A DNA stretch of 32,000 bases, taken from assembly GCF_027923225.1 (NCBI RefSeq), contig NZ_BSDI01000004.1, positions 186,348 through 218,347 of the forward strand. The letters are read 5' to 3'. The stretch's first letter is position 1. Each line of letters opens with the position of its first letter. The translations under genes were made by a program, and so were the position numbers. Shown here one piece after another: positions 8,005 through 17,000 of the stretch. The notes below the pieces were generated by a model. It saw only the letters and a list, made by a program, of their open reading frames with translations, did no database searches and was not told the origin of the DNA. This DNA is from Phytohabitans aurantiacus (GTDB lineage Bacteria > Actinomycetota > Actinomycetes > Mycobacteriales > Micromonosporaceae).

Positions 8005-8985
8005 CTAGTAAGCGGAAAGCCGGCGTACCGCCTCGGTGACCTTGTCGACGGTCGGAATCACCTCGGCCTCGAGCGCGTCGGCGAACGGCAGCGGCACGCA
8101 CGCCCCGGCGACGCGCTTGATCGGGGCGTCCAGCATCTCGAAGCCTTCATCGGCGACGACCGAGACGACGGTGCCGCCCCAGCCGCCCTGATACGGGTTC
8201 TCCTCCACGACCAGGAGGTGCGATGTGCGCTCCACAGAGGACAGCACGGTGCGCATGTCGAGCGGCACCAGGCAGCGCAGGTCGATCACCTCGACCGAGA
8301 TGGCCTCGCCGGCGAGCTGTTCGGCGGCCTTCAGCGCCACCGGTACCGTCGAGGCCAGCCCCACGACCGTGATGTCGGTGCCTTCGCGCGCCACCGTGGC
8401 CTTGCCCAGCTCGACGACGTGGTCGTCCGGCGGGCGCGCGCCGGAGCCGGCGAGCAGCGCCTTGTGCTCGAAGAAGACCACCGGGTCGTCGCTGCGGATG
8501 GCCGACGCCATCAGGCCGATCACGTCAGCGGGCGTCGACGGTGCGGCGATCTTCAGTCCGGGTACCGTCAGCGCCCAGTTCTCCACCGCCTGCGAGTGCT
8601 GCGCGCCGAAGCCCAGCCCGCCGCCGTTGGCCGTACGGATGACGAGTGGCACGGTCACCTGCCCGCCGGTCATGTACCGCGCCTTCGGTATCTCGTTGGC
8701 CAGGTAGTCCCAGCAACAGGCGAGGAAGTCGCTGAACATGATCTCGGCGACCGGTCGCATCCCGGTCATCGCGGCACCCATCGCGGCGCCCACGATGGCC
8801 TGCTCGGAGATCGGGGTGTCCCAGATCCGCTGCGGCCCGAACTCCTTGAACAGCCCCACCGTCGTCTTGAAGACTCCTTCGGCCGCGCCGATGTCCTCGC
8901 CGAGACAGACCACAGTGGAGTCGCGCCGCATCTCCCGCGCGATACCCTCGGCGACGGCCTCGCGATAGCTGATCACGTCCGCCAC
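8005..8985 (-). CDS. Thiamine-diphosphate-dependent 2-oxoacid (pyruvate/acetoin-type) dehydrogenase E1 component, beta subunit
   Basis: From the GTG at 8985: VADVISYREAVAEGIAREMRRDSTVVCLGEDIG..GVFK.T.GL..EFGP.RI.DTPISE.AIVGAAMGAAMTGMRPVAEIMF.DF......D...N...K..YM.GG....P.VIR...G. This is canonical E1-beta. The first 244 aa of track ORF 8005..9717 are an out-of-frame read-through across the alpha-subunit gene. Confidence 0.9.
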   Translation of the reverse strand: MADVISYREAVAEGIAREMRRDSTVVCLGEDIGAAEGVFKTTVGLFKEFGPQRIWDTPISEQAIVGAAMGAAMTGMRPVAEIMFSDFLACCWDYLANEIPKARYMTGGQVTVPLVIRTANGGGLGFGAQHSQAVENWALTVPGLKIAAPSTPADVIGLMASAIRSDDPVVFFEHKALLAGSGARPPDDHVVELGKATVAREGTDITVVGLASTVPVALKAAEQLAGEAISVEVIDLRCLVPLDMRTVLSSVERTSHLLVVEENPYQGGWGGTVVSVVADEGFEMLDAPIKRVAGACVPLPFADALEAEVIPTVDKVTEAVRRLSAY

Positions 8986-9950
8986 GTCGCGCTCCCGTCC
9001 GCCCACACGTCGGTGAACGCCAGCTCCCGGTCGGGCTCCGGCGCGTTCTTCGCGGCGGCAACGGCCGCCTCCACGACCTGTGCCACGCGCCGGTCCCGCT
9101 CCGCGATGGTTTCCGGTGGTACGCCGGCAGCCTCCAGCCGCGCCCTGGCCACGTCGAGCGGGTCGTGCTTGAGCCACCGCTCGACCTCTTCCGCCGGGCG
9201 GTACTTGGCCGGGTCGGACCGGCTGTGTCCAAAGTGGCGGTACGTCTGCGCCTCGATCAGTGTCGGGCCATCCCCTTTGCGGGCCCGCTCGGCCGCGCGC
9301 GCCACCGCTTCGTGCACCACGGTCACGTCGTTGCCGTCGATCACCTCGCCGGGGATGTTGTATCCGCCAGCACGGTCCGCCGCCGGGTTGGGCACCGCGG
9401 TCACGTCGGCGATCGGCGTGTACTCCATGTAGAGGTTGTTTTCGCAGACGAACAGGGCCGGCAGGCGCCACACCGCGGCCAGGTTGAGCGCCTCGTGAAA
9501 CGCGCCGATGTTGGTCGCGCCGTCGCCGAAGAAGGCGACGGCCACCTGGCCGGACCCCCGCAGCTTCGCGGACCACGCCGCGCCGGCCGCCATCGGCAGG
9601 TGCGCGCCGACGATGGCGTACGAGCCGAGCATCCCGGTCGACGCCTTGGTCAGGTGCATCGAGCCACCCTTGGCCTGGCACAGCCCAGTCGCCTTGCTCA
9701 TCAGCTCGGCGAGGCACTCCTCGGGTGTCGCGCCGCGCGCCATCGCGTGGTGGTGCCCGCGGTACGTGGCGAAGACGTAGTCGTCGGGGCGCAGCGCCGC
9801 GCTCGCACCCACCGCCACCGCTTCGTGGCCAGCCGCCAGGTGCGTGGTGCCTTTGACGAAACCCGCCATGAAGAGGTCGTGCGCGGCCTTCTCGGTGCGC
9901 CGGATCAGCGCCATCTCCTCGTAGGCGTCGAGCAGCTCGTCAGGAGTCAT
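8973..9950 (-). CDS. Thiamine-diphosphate-dependent 2-oxoacid dehydrogenase E1 component, alpha subunit
   Basis: From the ATG at 9950: MTPDELLDAYEEMALIRRTEKAAHDLFMAGFVKGTTHLAAGHEAVAVG....YRGH.H..ARG......AEL.....G.C..KGGSMH.. The TPP-binding motif is GDGATNIGAFHEALNLAAVWRLPALFVCENN. The start overlaps the M24 gene stop (ATGA at 9947-9950), and the stop overlaps the beta-subunit start by 13 nt. Confidence 0.9.
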   Translation of the reverse strand: MTPDELLDAYEEMALIRRTEKAAHDLFMAGFVKGTTHLAAGHEAVAVGASAALRPDDYVFATYRGHHHAMARGATPEECLAELMSKATGLCQAKGGSMHLTKASTGMLGSYAIVGAHLPMAAGAAWSAKLRGSGQVAVAFFGDGATNIGAFHEALNLAAVWRLPALFVCENNLYMEYTPIADVTAVPNPAADRAGGYNIPGEVIDGNDVTVVHEAVARAAERARKGDGPTLIEAQTYRHFGHSRSDPAKYRPAEEVERWLKHDPLDVARARLEAAGVPPETIAERDRRVAQVVEAAVAAAKNAPEPDRELAFTDVWADGSATWRT

Positions 9951-11260
9951 TGGGCGGCCCCATTTGATGTGTTCAGGTGTGACTGCGCGTGGCGCACCGT
10001 CTTCAGTGGACCACCAGCGGCGAAGTACCGGCGCCCGGCGATCAGCAGCTCCTCGGCGGGAAACTTCGTGATCAGCTCGCAGCCGTCGGCGGTCACCACG
10101 ACCTCCTCCTCGATGCGCGCCGCGGAGTACCCGTCGCCGGCTGGCCAGTACGTCTCCAGGGCGAAGACCATGCCCTCTTCGAGCACCTCCGGATGGTCCA
10201 GCGACACCAGGCGACTGAACACCGGCTTCTCCCAGATGGAGAGTCCGACGCCGTGGCCGTACTGGAGGGCGAACGCGGCCATCTCGTCGGGGAAGCCGAA
10301 CTCTTCCGCACGAGGCCACACCGACACGATGTCGGCCGTCGTGGCACCCGGTTTCACGAGCGCGATGGCCCGGTCCATGTACTCCCGGCAGCGCACGTAC
10401 GCGTCGCGCATCTGGGGCGAGGCGCTGCCCACCGCGAAGCACCGGTAGTAGCAGGTGCGGTAGCCGAGGTGGCTATGCAGGATGTCGAAGAACGCCGGGT
10501 CGCCAGGGCGCAGCAGGCGATCGCTGTAGACGTGCGGGTGGGGGGCGCAGCGCTCACCGGAGATGGCGTTGACGCCTTCGACGTACTCGCTGCCGAGGTC
10601 GTAGAGCACCTTGCTGACCAACCCGACGCACTCGTTCTCGCGTACTCCCGGGCGGAGGAACTCGTACAGCTCCTCGTAGGCGGCGTCGACCATCGCGCAC
10701 GCCTGCGCGAGCAGGCTGATCTCGTCGCGGGTCTTGATGCGCCGCGCCTCCAGAAACACCTGCTGTCCGTCCACGATGGTCAGACCCTCGGCCTGGAGCG
10801 CCGCGAGGACCGGCATCTCGACGAGGTCGACGCCGACCGGGGCGTCGGCGAGCCCGTGCTCGCGCAGCACGGTAGCGACCTTCGTGGCCACGTCGGCGGC
10901 GATCCCCGCGTCAGGGTGGAAGGCGCCGCGCAGCGTGGAGATGCCGGCGCGGGCGCGCTCGGTGCCGTCGAGCCACGGGTTGTAGAGCTGGTGGTGCCGG
11001 GCAGCCGAGCCGAAGTCCCAGATGACCGGCTCGCCGCCGCGCGGCAGCACCGCGAAGCGGATCAGCTTGTCCATCGCCCACGTGCCGATGTGGGTCGACG
11101 TCATGTACCGGATGTTGGCGAAGTCGAAGGTGAGCAGCGCGCCCAGCTCGGACGCTTCCAGATGGGTCTTCAGGCGGGACAGGCGCTCGGTGCGCAACCG
11201 GTCGAGATCGACGCGCTCTTCCCAGTCGACGGCGTTGGTCCCGAACGTACGAATTGCCAT
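9947..11260 (-). CDS. M24-fold (creatinase / Xaa-Pro peptidase-like) hydrolase, first structural gene of the operon
   Basis: 437 aa. The N-terminal creatinase-type domain (..RL.RL...L....L.ALL.FD..NIRY.T) is followed by a pita-bread domain (IKT.DEI.LL..A.AMVDAAY..L...L.PGV.ENE......K.L...G.E.V...N..SGER..PHPH...DR.LRPGD..F.DI......GYRTCYYR.F.VG......DAY..C.....A.AL.KPG.T..D......A.E.GF.......FA.QYGHG.GL..WE.P.......D....L.EGMVFALE.Y). Peptidase versus non-peptide substrate cannot be decided from sequence. Confidence 0.8.
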   Translation of the reverse strand: MAIRTFGTNAVDWEERVDLDRLRTERLSRLKTHLEASELGALLTFDFANIRYMTSTHIGTWAMDKLIRFAVLPRGGEPVIWDFGSAARHHQLYNPWLDGTERARAGISTLRGAFHPDAGIAADVATKVATVLREHGLADAPVGVDLVEMPVLAALQAEGLTIVDGQQVFLEARRIKTRDEISLLAQACAMVDAAYEELYEFLRPGVRENECVGLVSKVLYDLGSEYVEGVNAISGERCAPHPHVYSDRLLRPGDPAFFDILHSHLGYRTCYYRCFAVGSASPQMRDAYVRCREYMDRAIALVKPGATTADIVSVWPRAEEFGFPDEMAAFALQYGHGVGLSIWEKPVFSRLVSLDHPEVLEEGMVFALETYWPAGDGYSAARIEEEVVVTADGCELITKFPAEELLIAGRRYFAAGGPLKTVRHAQSHLNTSNGAAQ

Positions 11261-11312
11261 CGCGACCTCCTGTGACGGAGGACACCAGTCAACGACATGT
11301 CAAGGACGCGTG

Positions 11313-11972
11313 TCAAGCGTCACTTAACAGTGAATTGTCTTGGACAAACCAGACACCAACGGCGGGCACCACGCCATCGTTGCGGTACCGGTGCGGCGTG
11401 CTCGACGGGAACGACACCGCGTCACCCGGGCCCAGGTGGTGCTCCTCGAAGCCCAGCGTCAGCGTCAACTCGCCCTCGACCAGATACCCGTACTCCACAC
11501 CGGAGTGCCGCATCAGCGCGGTGCCACTCGACGATGTGCCGCCCGGCGCGTAGGTGACGAGCAGGAAGTCGAGGTGCGTGCCCGGCAGGTGGCCGAGCCG
11601 CTCCCACGTCACACCCGAGTCGAGCCGGAGGATCTCGCGCGCCGCCGGCCGCACGATCGGCCCGATCCGATGCAACACGGTCTGGGCGAGCGCGGCCGTC
11701 GTGGACCGCGGCGGTGGCGCCTCGTCGGCCGCGTCGAAAACGTCTTCGACCGAGATGCCGAGCGCCTTGGTGATCGAGTACAGCGTGCTGACCGATGGGC
11801 GGCTCTTGCCGGTCTCGATCTGGGAGATCAGGCTCGCGGAGACACCCACCGCACGGGCCAGCCCGCGCAGGCTCATCCCGCCACGCAGCCGCGCCTCGCG
11901 GATGCGCTCACCGACCGGCGGCAGATCTGACGACACGCCCGCATCGTACAGTGTCGGTGAACAGTGCATCAT
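11313..11972 (-). CDS. XRE-family HTH transcriptional regulator with C-terminal cupin sensor domain
   Basis: The HTH reads GERIREARLRGGMSLRGLARAVGVSASLISQIETGKSRPSVSTLYSITKALGISVEDVF. The cupin part reads ...H.GVEYGYLVEGELTLTLGFEEHHLGPGDAVSFPSSTPHRYRNDG. The gene ends 52 bp upstream of the catabolic operon on the same strand. The start is uncertain (ATG 11972/11969 or GTG 11936). Confidence 0.8.
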   Translation of the reverse strand: MMHCSPTLYDAGVSSDLPPVGERIREARLRGGMSLRGLARAVGVSASLISQIETGKSRPSVSTLYSITKALGISVEDVFDAADEAPPPRSTTAALAQTVLHRIGPIVRPAAREILRLDSGVTWERLGHLPGTHLDFLLVTYAPGGTSSSGTALMRHSGVEYGYLVEGELTLTLGFEEHHLGPGDAVSFPSSTPHRYRNDGVVPAVGVWFVQDNSLLSDA

Positions 11973-11979
11973 ATATGTC

Positions 11980-12624
11980 GTGGCCTATCCTCCACCTTCC
12001 GCTCTTCCCACCCCTCCCAAGAAGAACAACGGTCTTCTCATCGGCTTGCTCGTAGCCGGTGCGGTGGCAGTGGTCATGCTCTCCGCCTGCGGTGTCGGCG
12101 GCTTCCTGATCTACCGCGAGTACAACGACTCCGAGGAGGCCGGCACCGACCTCGGCACCTCCGCGGAGATCGACGGTCTGGTCAACTACCGGACGTCGAA
12201 TCCCGCCGCGCTTTCCCAGAGCCACGTCACCAGCCCGGTGACGTACCCCATGACCCCGCCCGCCGGCGGCCCGCACTTCGGCCAGTGGCAGAACTGCGTC
12301 GGCGACGTCTACAACGCACCCATCGTGGACGGGAACGCCGTACACAGCCTCGAACACGGCGCGGTGTGGATCACGTACCAGCCCAGCCTCGGGTCCTCCG
12401 ATGTGGAGAAGCTCGCCGCCAAGGTGCGCGGGCAGGCATACATGATGATGAGCCCCTATCCCGGCCAGACCTCGCCGATCTCCCTGCAGGCGTGGGGCTA
12501 CCAGGTCACCGTCGATGACGCGGACGACGACCGGATCGACGAGTTCATCCGGCGGTTCCGCCAGACCGCCACCATGGAGCCCGGCGCCACGTGTGCGTCC
12601 GGCATCACGACCACCACCGGATGA
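11980..12624 (+). CDS. DUF3105-family membrane-anchored protein
   Basis: In the frame of track ORF 11554..12624 only the last ~214 aa look real. A Pro-rich N-terminus is followed by KKNNGLLIGLLVAGAVAVVMLSAC (a TM helix), then the DUF3105-like core ...Y...PP.GGPHF..W.......Y...I.D.NAVHSLEHGAVWITY.P.L....V.KLA.......Y.MMSPYPGQ..PISLQAWG. The first usable start upstream of the TM helix is the GTG at 11980. The upstream part of the track ORF is antisense to the XRE gene. Confidence 0.7.
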   Translation: MAYPPPSALPTPPKKNNGLLIGLLVAGAVAVVMLSACGVGGFLIYREYNDSEEAGTDLGTSAEIDGLVNYRTSNPAALSQSHVTSPVTYPMTPPAGGPHFGQWQNCVGDVYNAPIVDGNAVHSLEHGAVWITYQPSLGSSDVEKLAAKVRGQAYMMMSPYPGQTSPISLQAWGYQVTVDDADDDRIDEFIRRFRQTATMEPGATCASGITTTTG

Positions 12625-12828
12625 AACCTAGCCGCTAACTGATCACTAAAGAGATCACAGTCATTACAAGTGGCACAATGATTGTCTTCTCGAAGTCTTT
12701 CATGGCCGACACCTCACCCTATACTCCCTTTAAGCGTCTCGCTGACGGAGCGCTTCGCCGGCGCGGTTCGTGATCATAGCCGCCTACGCGACGGCAGATG
12801 CGAATCCGCGTCCTGGGTCGGAGGTGCG

Positions 12829-14043
12829 GTGTTCTACTTCTTTGTCAGTTATGCGCGGGGAAACGAAGACGACCTTGTTCGTAAGTTCTGCGCCGACCTG
12901 AGTATCGAGGTGCGCGTTCTCGCCGGCCTCCCTCGCGACGCCGAGGTCGGGTTCATCGACGCCGAGATGAGCCCCGGCACACGGTGGTCACGGCGGCTGG
13001 TCGACGCTCTCTCGACGTGCCGATCCTTCATCGCCCTGATGTCACCCCGCTACTTCTTGAGCCAGCACTGCGGCCAGGAATGGCAGATCTTCGCCGAACG
13101 ATCGTTGCGGTACGAGCAAGCAACGGGAACTGATCCCTCGTTGCTGAAGCCGCTCTTCTGGGTGCCGGTTCCGCGCGGCAAGATGCACCCAGCGGCGCTT
13201 CGCATACAGTTCGCCGATCAAGAGGACGACACCTGCCTGCGGCAGATGATGCGGCTAAAACGCCACGAAGACGCGTACAAGGAATTTCTCTTCAATCTGG
13301 CGAGCCAGATCGTCAACGCAGCCGATCAACATGACATTCCCAACGGCGTCACCTATTCCGATCTCGAGTCCGTGCCGAGCGTCTTCCACCATACGCAGGC
13401 GGTCATCAACGGGGTCCCCGCCAACGAACTGATCGACGCGACGACCGTCCACTTCGTCGTGGCGGCCCCTACACGCAACGAGGCCATGGCGATTCGCGCG
13501 GAATCCACCACCTACGGCGACCGGCGGCGCGACTGGGCGCCCTACCACCCTTCGTGGCCCGATCCACTGAGCGACTACGCGATCAGCATCGCCGCGAGCC
13601 GGAACTTCCTCACGCGCGTGGCGGACCTGGAGGAACTGGGCGAGCGCGCGGCGATCGCCAGTCAGCAGAACCACATCGTCGTGCTACTGGTCGACGCGTG
13701 GATCACCCGCCTGCTCGGCCCACTTGGTCTGCTCACTGCGTACGGGGGCCGTCCCGGAGCACCACGGAACCCCACGACGGTGGTGCTGGGGCCTGCCTCG
13801 GACGGTGACGAGGAGACCCGCGACCAGTGGCCAGCGCTGTCAGAGACCTGGACGGCGACCGCCGGCGGTCTGGCACCGGCCAACGACCTGTCCCGCTGGG
13901 GGATCTCCACGTACCACGACTTCGCCCGCGACCTACCGGCGGCGCTCGAAGTAGCCATGAACCGGGTCTTCGCTAGCGGCAACGTCCGCCGTCAGCCCCT
14001 GAACACCTTCCACATCGAGCGGCCCACGCTCGACCCACCTTGA
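12829..14043 (+). CDS. fxsC: TIR-like protein FxsC (N-terminal TIR-like domain + FxsC C-terminal domain) of the FxSxx-COOH system
   Basis: From the GTG at 12829 (GGAGG RBS 4 nt upstream): VFYFFVSYARGNEDDLVRKFCADLSIEVRVLAG...FIDAEMSPGTRWSRRLVDALSTCRSFIALMSPRYFLSQHCGQEWQIF. This shows the TIR hallmarks FFxSYA and SxxYxxSxxCxxE. The remaining ~270 aa (..HFVVAAPTR.E.......YG....DW.PY......PL.DYA..IA......T.V..L.......A...N.IVVLLVD.W) match what I recall of the FxsC C-terminal family. The track ORF start (TTG 12682) adds 49 unlikely residues. Confidence 0.8.
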   Translation: MFYFFVSYARGNEDDLVRKFCADLSIEVRVLAGLPRDAEVGFIDAEMSPGTRWSRRLVDALSTCRSFIALMSPRYFLSQHCGQEWQIFAERSLRYEQATGTDPSLLKPLFWVPVPRGKMHPAALRIQFADQEDDTCLRQMMRLKRHEDAYKEFLFNLASQIVNAADQHDIPNGVTYSDLESVPSVFHHTQAVINGVPANELIDATTVHFVVAAPTRNEAMAIRAESTTYGDRRRDWAPYHPSWPDPLSDYAISIAASRNFLTRVADLEELGERAAIASQQNHIVVLLVDAWITRLLGPLGLLTAYGGRPGAPRNPTTVVLGPASDGDEETRDQWPALSETWTATAGGLAPANDLSRWGISTYHDFARDLPAALEVAMNRVFASGNVRRQPLNTFHIERPTLDPP

Positions 14044-14081
14044 TCGAGATCGCGAGGTCCACCACCTGAGGAGGCCCGGCC

Positions 14082-17000
14082 GTGACCGCACGCGCAACCG
14101 CCTCGCCAGCCGACTCCGCACCGGCCGGCGGCACCATCATCACCTTTTACTCGTACAAGGGTGGCACCGGGCGCACCATGGCCATGGCCAACGTCGCGTG
14201 GATTCTCGCCAGCAACGGCCTGCGCGTGCTCATTGTCGACTGGGACCTGGAGTCGCCTGGCCTTCACAAGTACTTCCACCCCTTCCTCACTGACAAAGAC
14301 CTGCGCGCCTCCGCCGGTGTCATCGACATGATCCGCGGTCACGCGGAGGCGATGATGCGGCCGATACACGACACCGAGACCACGCAGTGGTTGGAGACCC
14401 ACGCCGACGTGCTGTCCTACGTCCTCCCCGTGGAATGGTCCTTCCGGGACAAGGGATTCATCGAGCTGCTGCCGGCCGGCCAACAGGACAGTTCCTATAC
14501 CGAGACGGTGCGGACGTTCGACTGGACGGCCTTCTATGAACGCCTGGCCGGAAACGCCTTTCTGGAGGCTTTGGCCCGCAACATGCGCGCCAACTACGAC
14601 TACATCCTCATCGACAGCCGCACCGGAGTGAGCGACGCCGCGGGCATCTGCACCGTCCTACTTCCGGACTCTGTCGTGGATTGCTTCACCATGAACGCGC
14701 AGAGCATCGACGGCGCGGTCGCTATCGCTCACTCCATCGTCCGTCAGCGGGTCGAGCGACCGGTGCGGATACTGCCGGTGCCCATGCGCGTCGAGGATGC
14801 CGAACAGGTCAAGTTGGACGCCGGTCGCGATCACGCTCGGCAGAACTTCGCGCCCTTCCTGGGACGCGACCCGGAGGAGGTCAACCGGTACTGGGGTGAC
14901 ATCGAGATCCCCTACAAGTCCTTCTATGCCTACGAGGAGATACTCGCTCCGTTCGGCGACCGGTCACACCAGGAAGGATCGCTCCTTGCCGCGTACGAAC
15001 GGCTGACCCGGATCATCACCAGGAGCCAGGTGCAGCAGGTCGACGCGATCGAAGAGCGGGTACGCCGCCGGTGGCTGGCTGCGTTCGAACGCCGCCGCAC
15101 CGCCGGCGCGCTGGACATCTTCATCAGTTACGCGGCCGTCGACCGAATGTGGGCGGAATGGATCGCCGGGGAGGCGAACGACGCCGGCCTCCGAGCGAGT
15201 ATGCGGGAGATCGACTCCCAGCCGTTCCCCGAGCCGGGCAACGATCCGCCGAGCTTCCTGAGCAACACCAGCCGCGCGATCGTGCTGCTCAGCGAGGATT
15301 ACATCGCGTCGGTGAAGTCGGCCACGACGTGGAAGACCCTCGCGGCTCGCGAGCCCGTGGGCGGTCGCCCGTTCATCGTTCCGCTCCGTCTGGACAACGT
15401 GCGCCTGGAGGCGCCGTTCGACGAGCACATACCCATCGACCTCAGCGGACTGCACGAGCAGCGAGCCATCGACGTCGTACGCGAGGCGCTCCAGCAGCCC
15501 GTATACCCGCGATCCGCGACGCCGACCGAACCAGACGCACCGCGACGCCGCTTCCCTGCGACAGAGCCCCCACTGTGGAGCGTTCCCCAGCGCAACGGCA
15601 CGTTCACGGGCCGGCGACGTGCGTTGGAGGCGCTGCGCAACCGGATGGCTGCGTCTGGCTCGATGGCGAATCCTCAGGCGCTCCACGGCCTTGGCGGCGT
15701 CGGAAAGACCCAGATCGCCCTCGAATACGCGCACCGCTTCAAGGCGGACTACGACATCGTCTGGTGGGTCTCGGCTCAGCAGACGAGCCTCGTGCGCGCC
15801 TCGCTGTCGAACCTCGCGGATGCGCTCGGTCGACGCGCGGGCGAGAGCGTGACGGAACGGATCCGGTCCGCGCTAGAGGCGCTCCGGCAAGGTGTCCCGT
15901 ATCGACGCTGGCTGATCATCTTCGACAACGCGGACGATCCCGACGAGCTTCGCGAGTACGTGCCTCAGGGGCATGGCCACGTCCTGGTCACCACCCGGGA
16001 CAACGCCTGGTCACGCGTGGCGCAGATGGTGGACATCGGCGTGTTCGGACGCGAGGAGAGCGTGGCTCTCCTCCAGCGCCGGATTCCCAATCTTCCCACC
16101 GCCGACGCGGAGACGGTCGCGGAGCGGCTGGGCGACCTGCCACTCGCCATCGAGCAGGCTGGTGCCTGGCTTGCAGCGACAGCGATGCCGGTGTCCCACT
16201 ACCTCGAACTGCTCGAAACGCAACCCCTCCGGATGTTGGAGGAGGACCTACCGTCCGACTACCAGCAGAGCGCGGCCCAGCCATGGCTCGTCTCGCTCGA
16301 CAGCCTGCGCCAGCGCAGTCCCGCCGCCGCCAAGTTGCTGGAGGTGTGCGCGTTCTTCGCTTCCGAACCAATCCCAATCTCACTGCTCTACAGTGACCGC
16401 TTCATCAGCATGCTTCTCCCGTTCGACCCCTCGTTACGCGAGCGAATGCTGATGGCCAAGGCGATCAGAGAGATCAGCCGGTACGCGCTCGCACGCGTCG
16501 ACACGGGTAGACCAGCTGTTGGATCACAGCGCCGGGCGAGCGACCGGAGTGACGAGGGTGGGCAGAGTATCCAACTGCACCGTCTCATGCAGGCCGTCAT
16601 CCGCGCGCGACTCAGTCCCGACGAGCGTGACGAGAACCGCAAGCACGTCCATGAGATCCTGGCAGCCGCCAATCCGGACGGCCCCGACGAGCCTGAGAAC
16701 TGGCCAACCTACGCCGAGCTGTGGCCACACCTGCTGCCGTCCAAGACGCTCGACTCGGACCTGCCGGACGTCCGGCAACTCGTCTACGACATGTGTCGCT
16801 ACATGTGGAAGAGCTACGACTACCCGACCAGCCAATTCCTTGCCGAGCAGGCCGTCGAGAAGTGGGAGGAGGCATTCGGCGCCGATGACCCGCTCACCCT
16901 CATGATGCGCTTCAACCTGGCCACCGCCCTTCGCCTCCAGGCCAACTACACGCCTGCCTACGAGATCGACCGGGACATCTATGCCCGGCTCGGTCGTGTC

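Noticed and set aside
6505-9432. 975-aa plus-strand ORF, the longest in this part of the track
   Set aside because: It is antisense to three genes with unmistakable family signatures (amidohydrolase, E1-beta, E1-alpha). Its translation is Arg/Ala/Gly/Pro/His-rich low-complexity sequence with no recognisable motif. Long stop-free antisense frames are expected at this GC content.
8986-9717. N-terminal 244-aa extension of the E1-beta ORF (track ORF 8005..9717)
   Set aside because: It is out of frame over the E1-alpha gene and low-complexity. Canonical E1-beta sequence begins at VADVISYREA (GTG at 8985).
12678-12773. 31-codon ORF (MIVFSKSFMADTSPYTPFKRLADGALRRRGS) upstream of fxsC, considered as a second precursor or leader peptide
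   Set aside because: There is no convincing RBS. The C-terminus does not fit aromatic-x-S-x-x-COOH (the FSKSF string is internal), and it does not resemble the fxsA leader. It is kept only as something ribosome profiling could revisit.
12682-12828. TTG-initiated 49-aa N-terminal extension of fxsC
   Set aside because: TIR-like FxsC proteins begin essentially at the FFxSYA strand. The GTG at 12829 has a GGAGG RBS just upstream, and the extension lies in AT-richer, non-coding-looking DNA.
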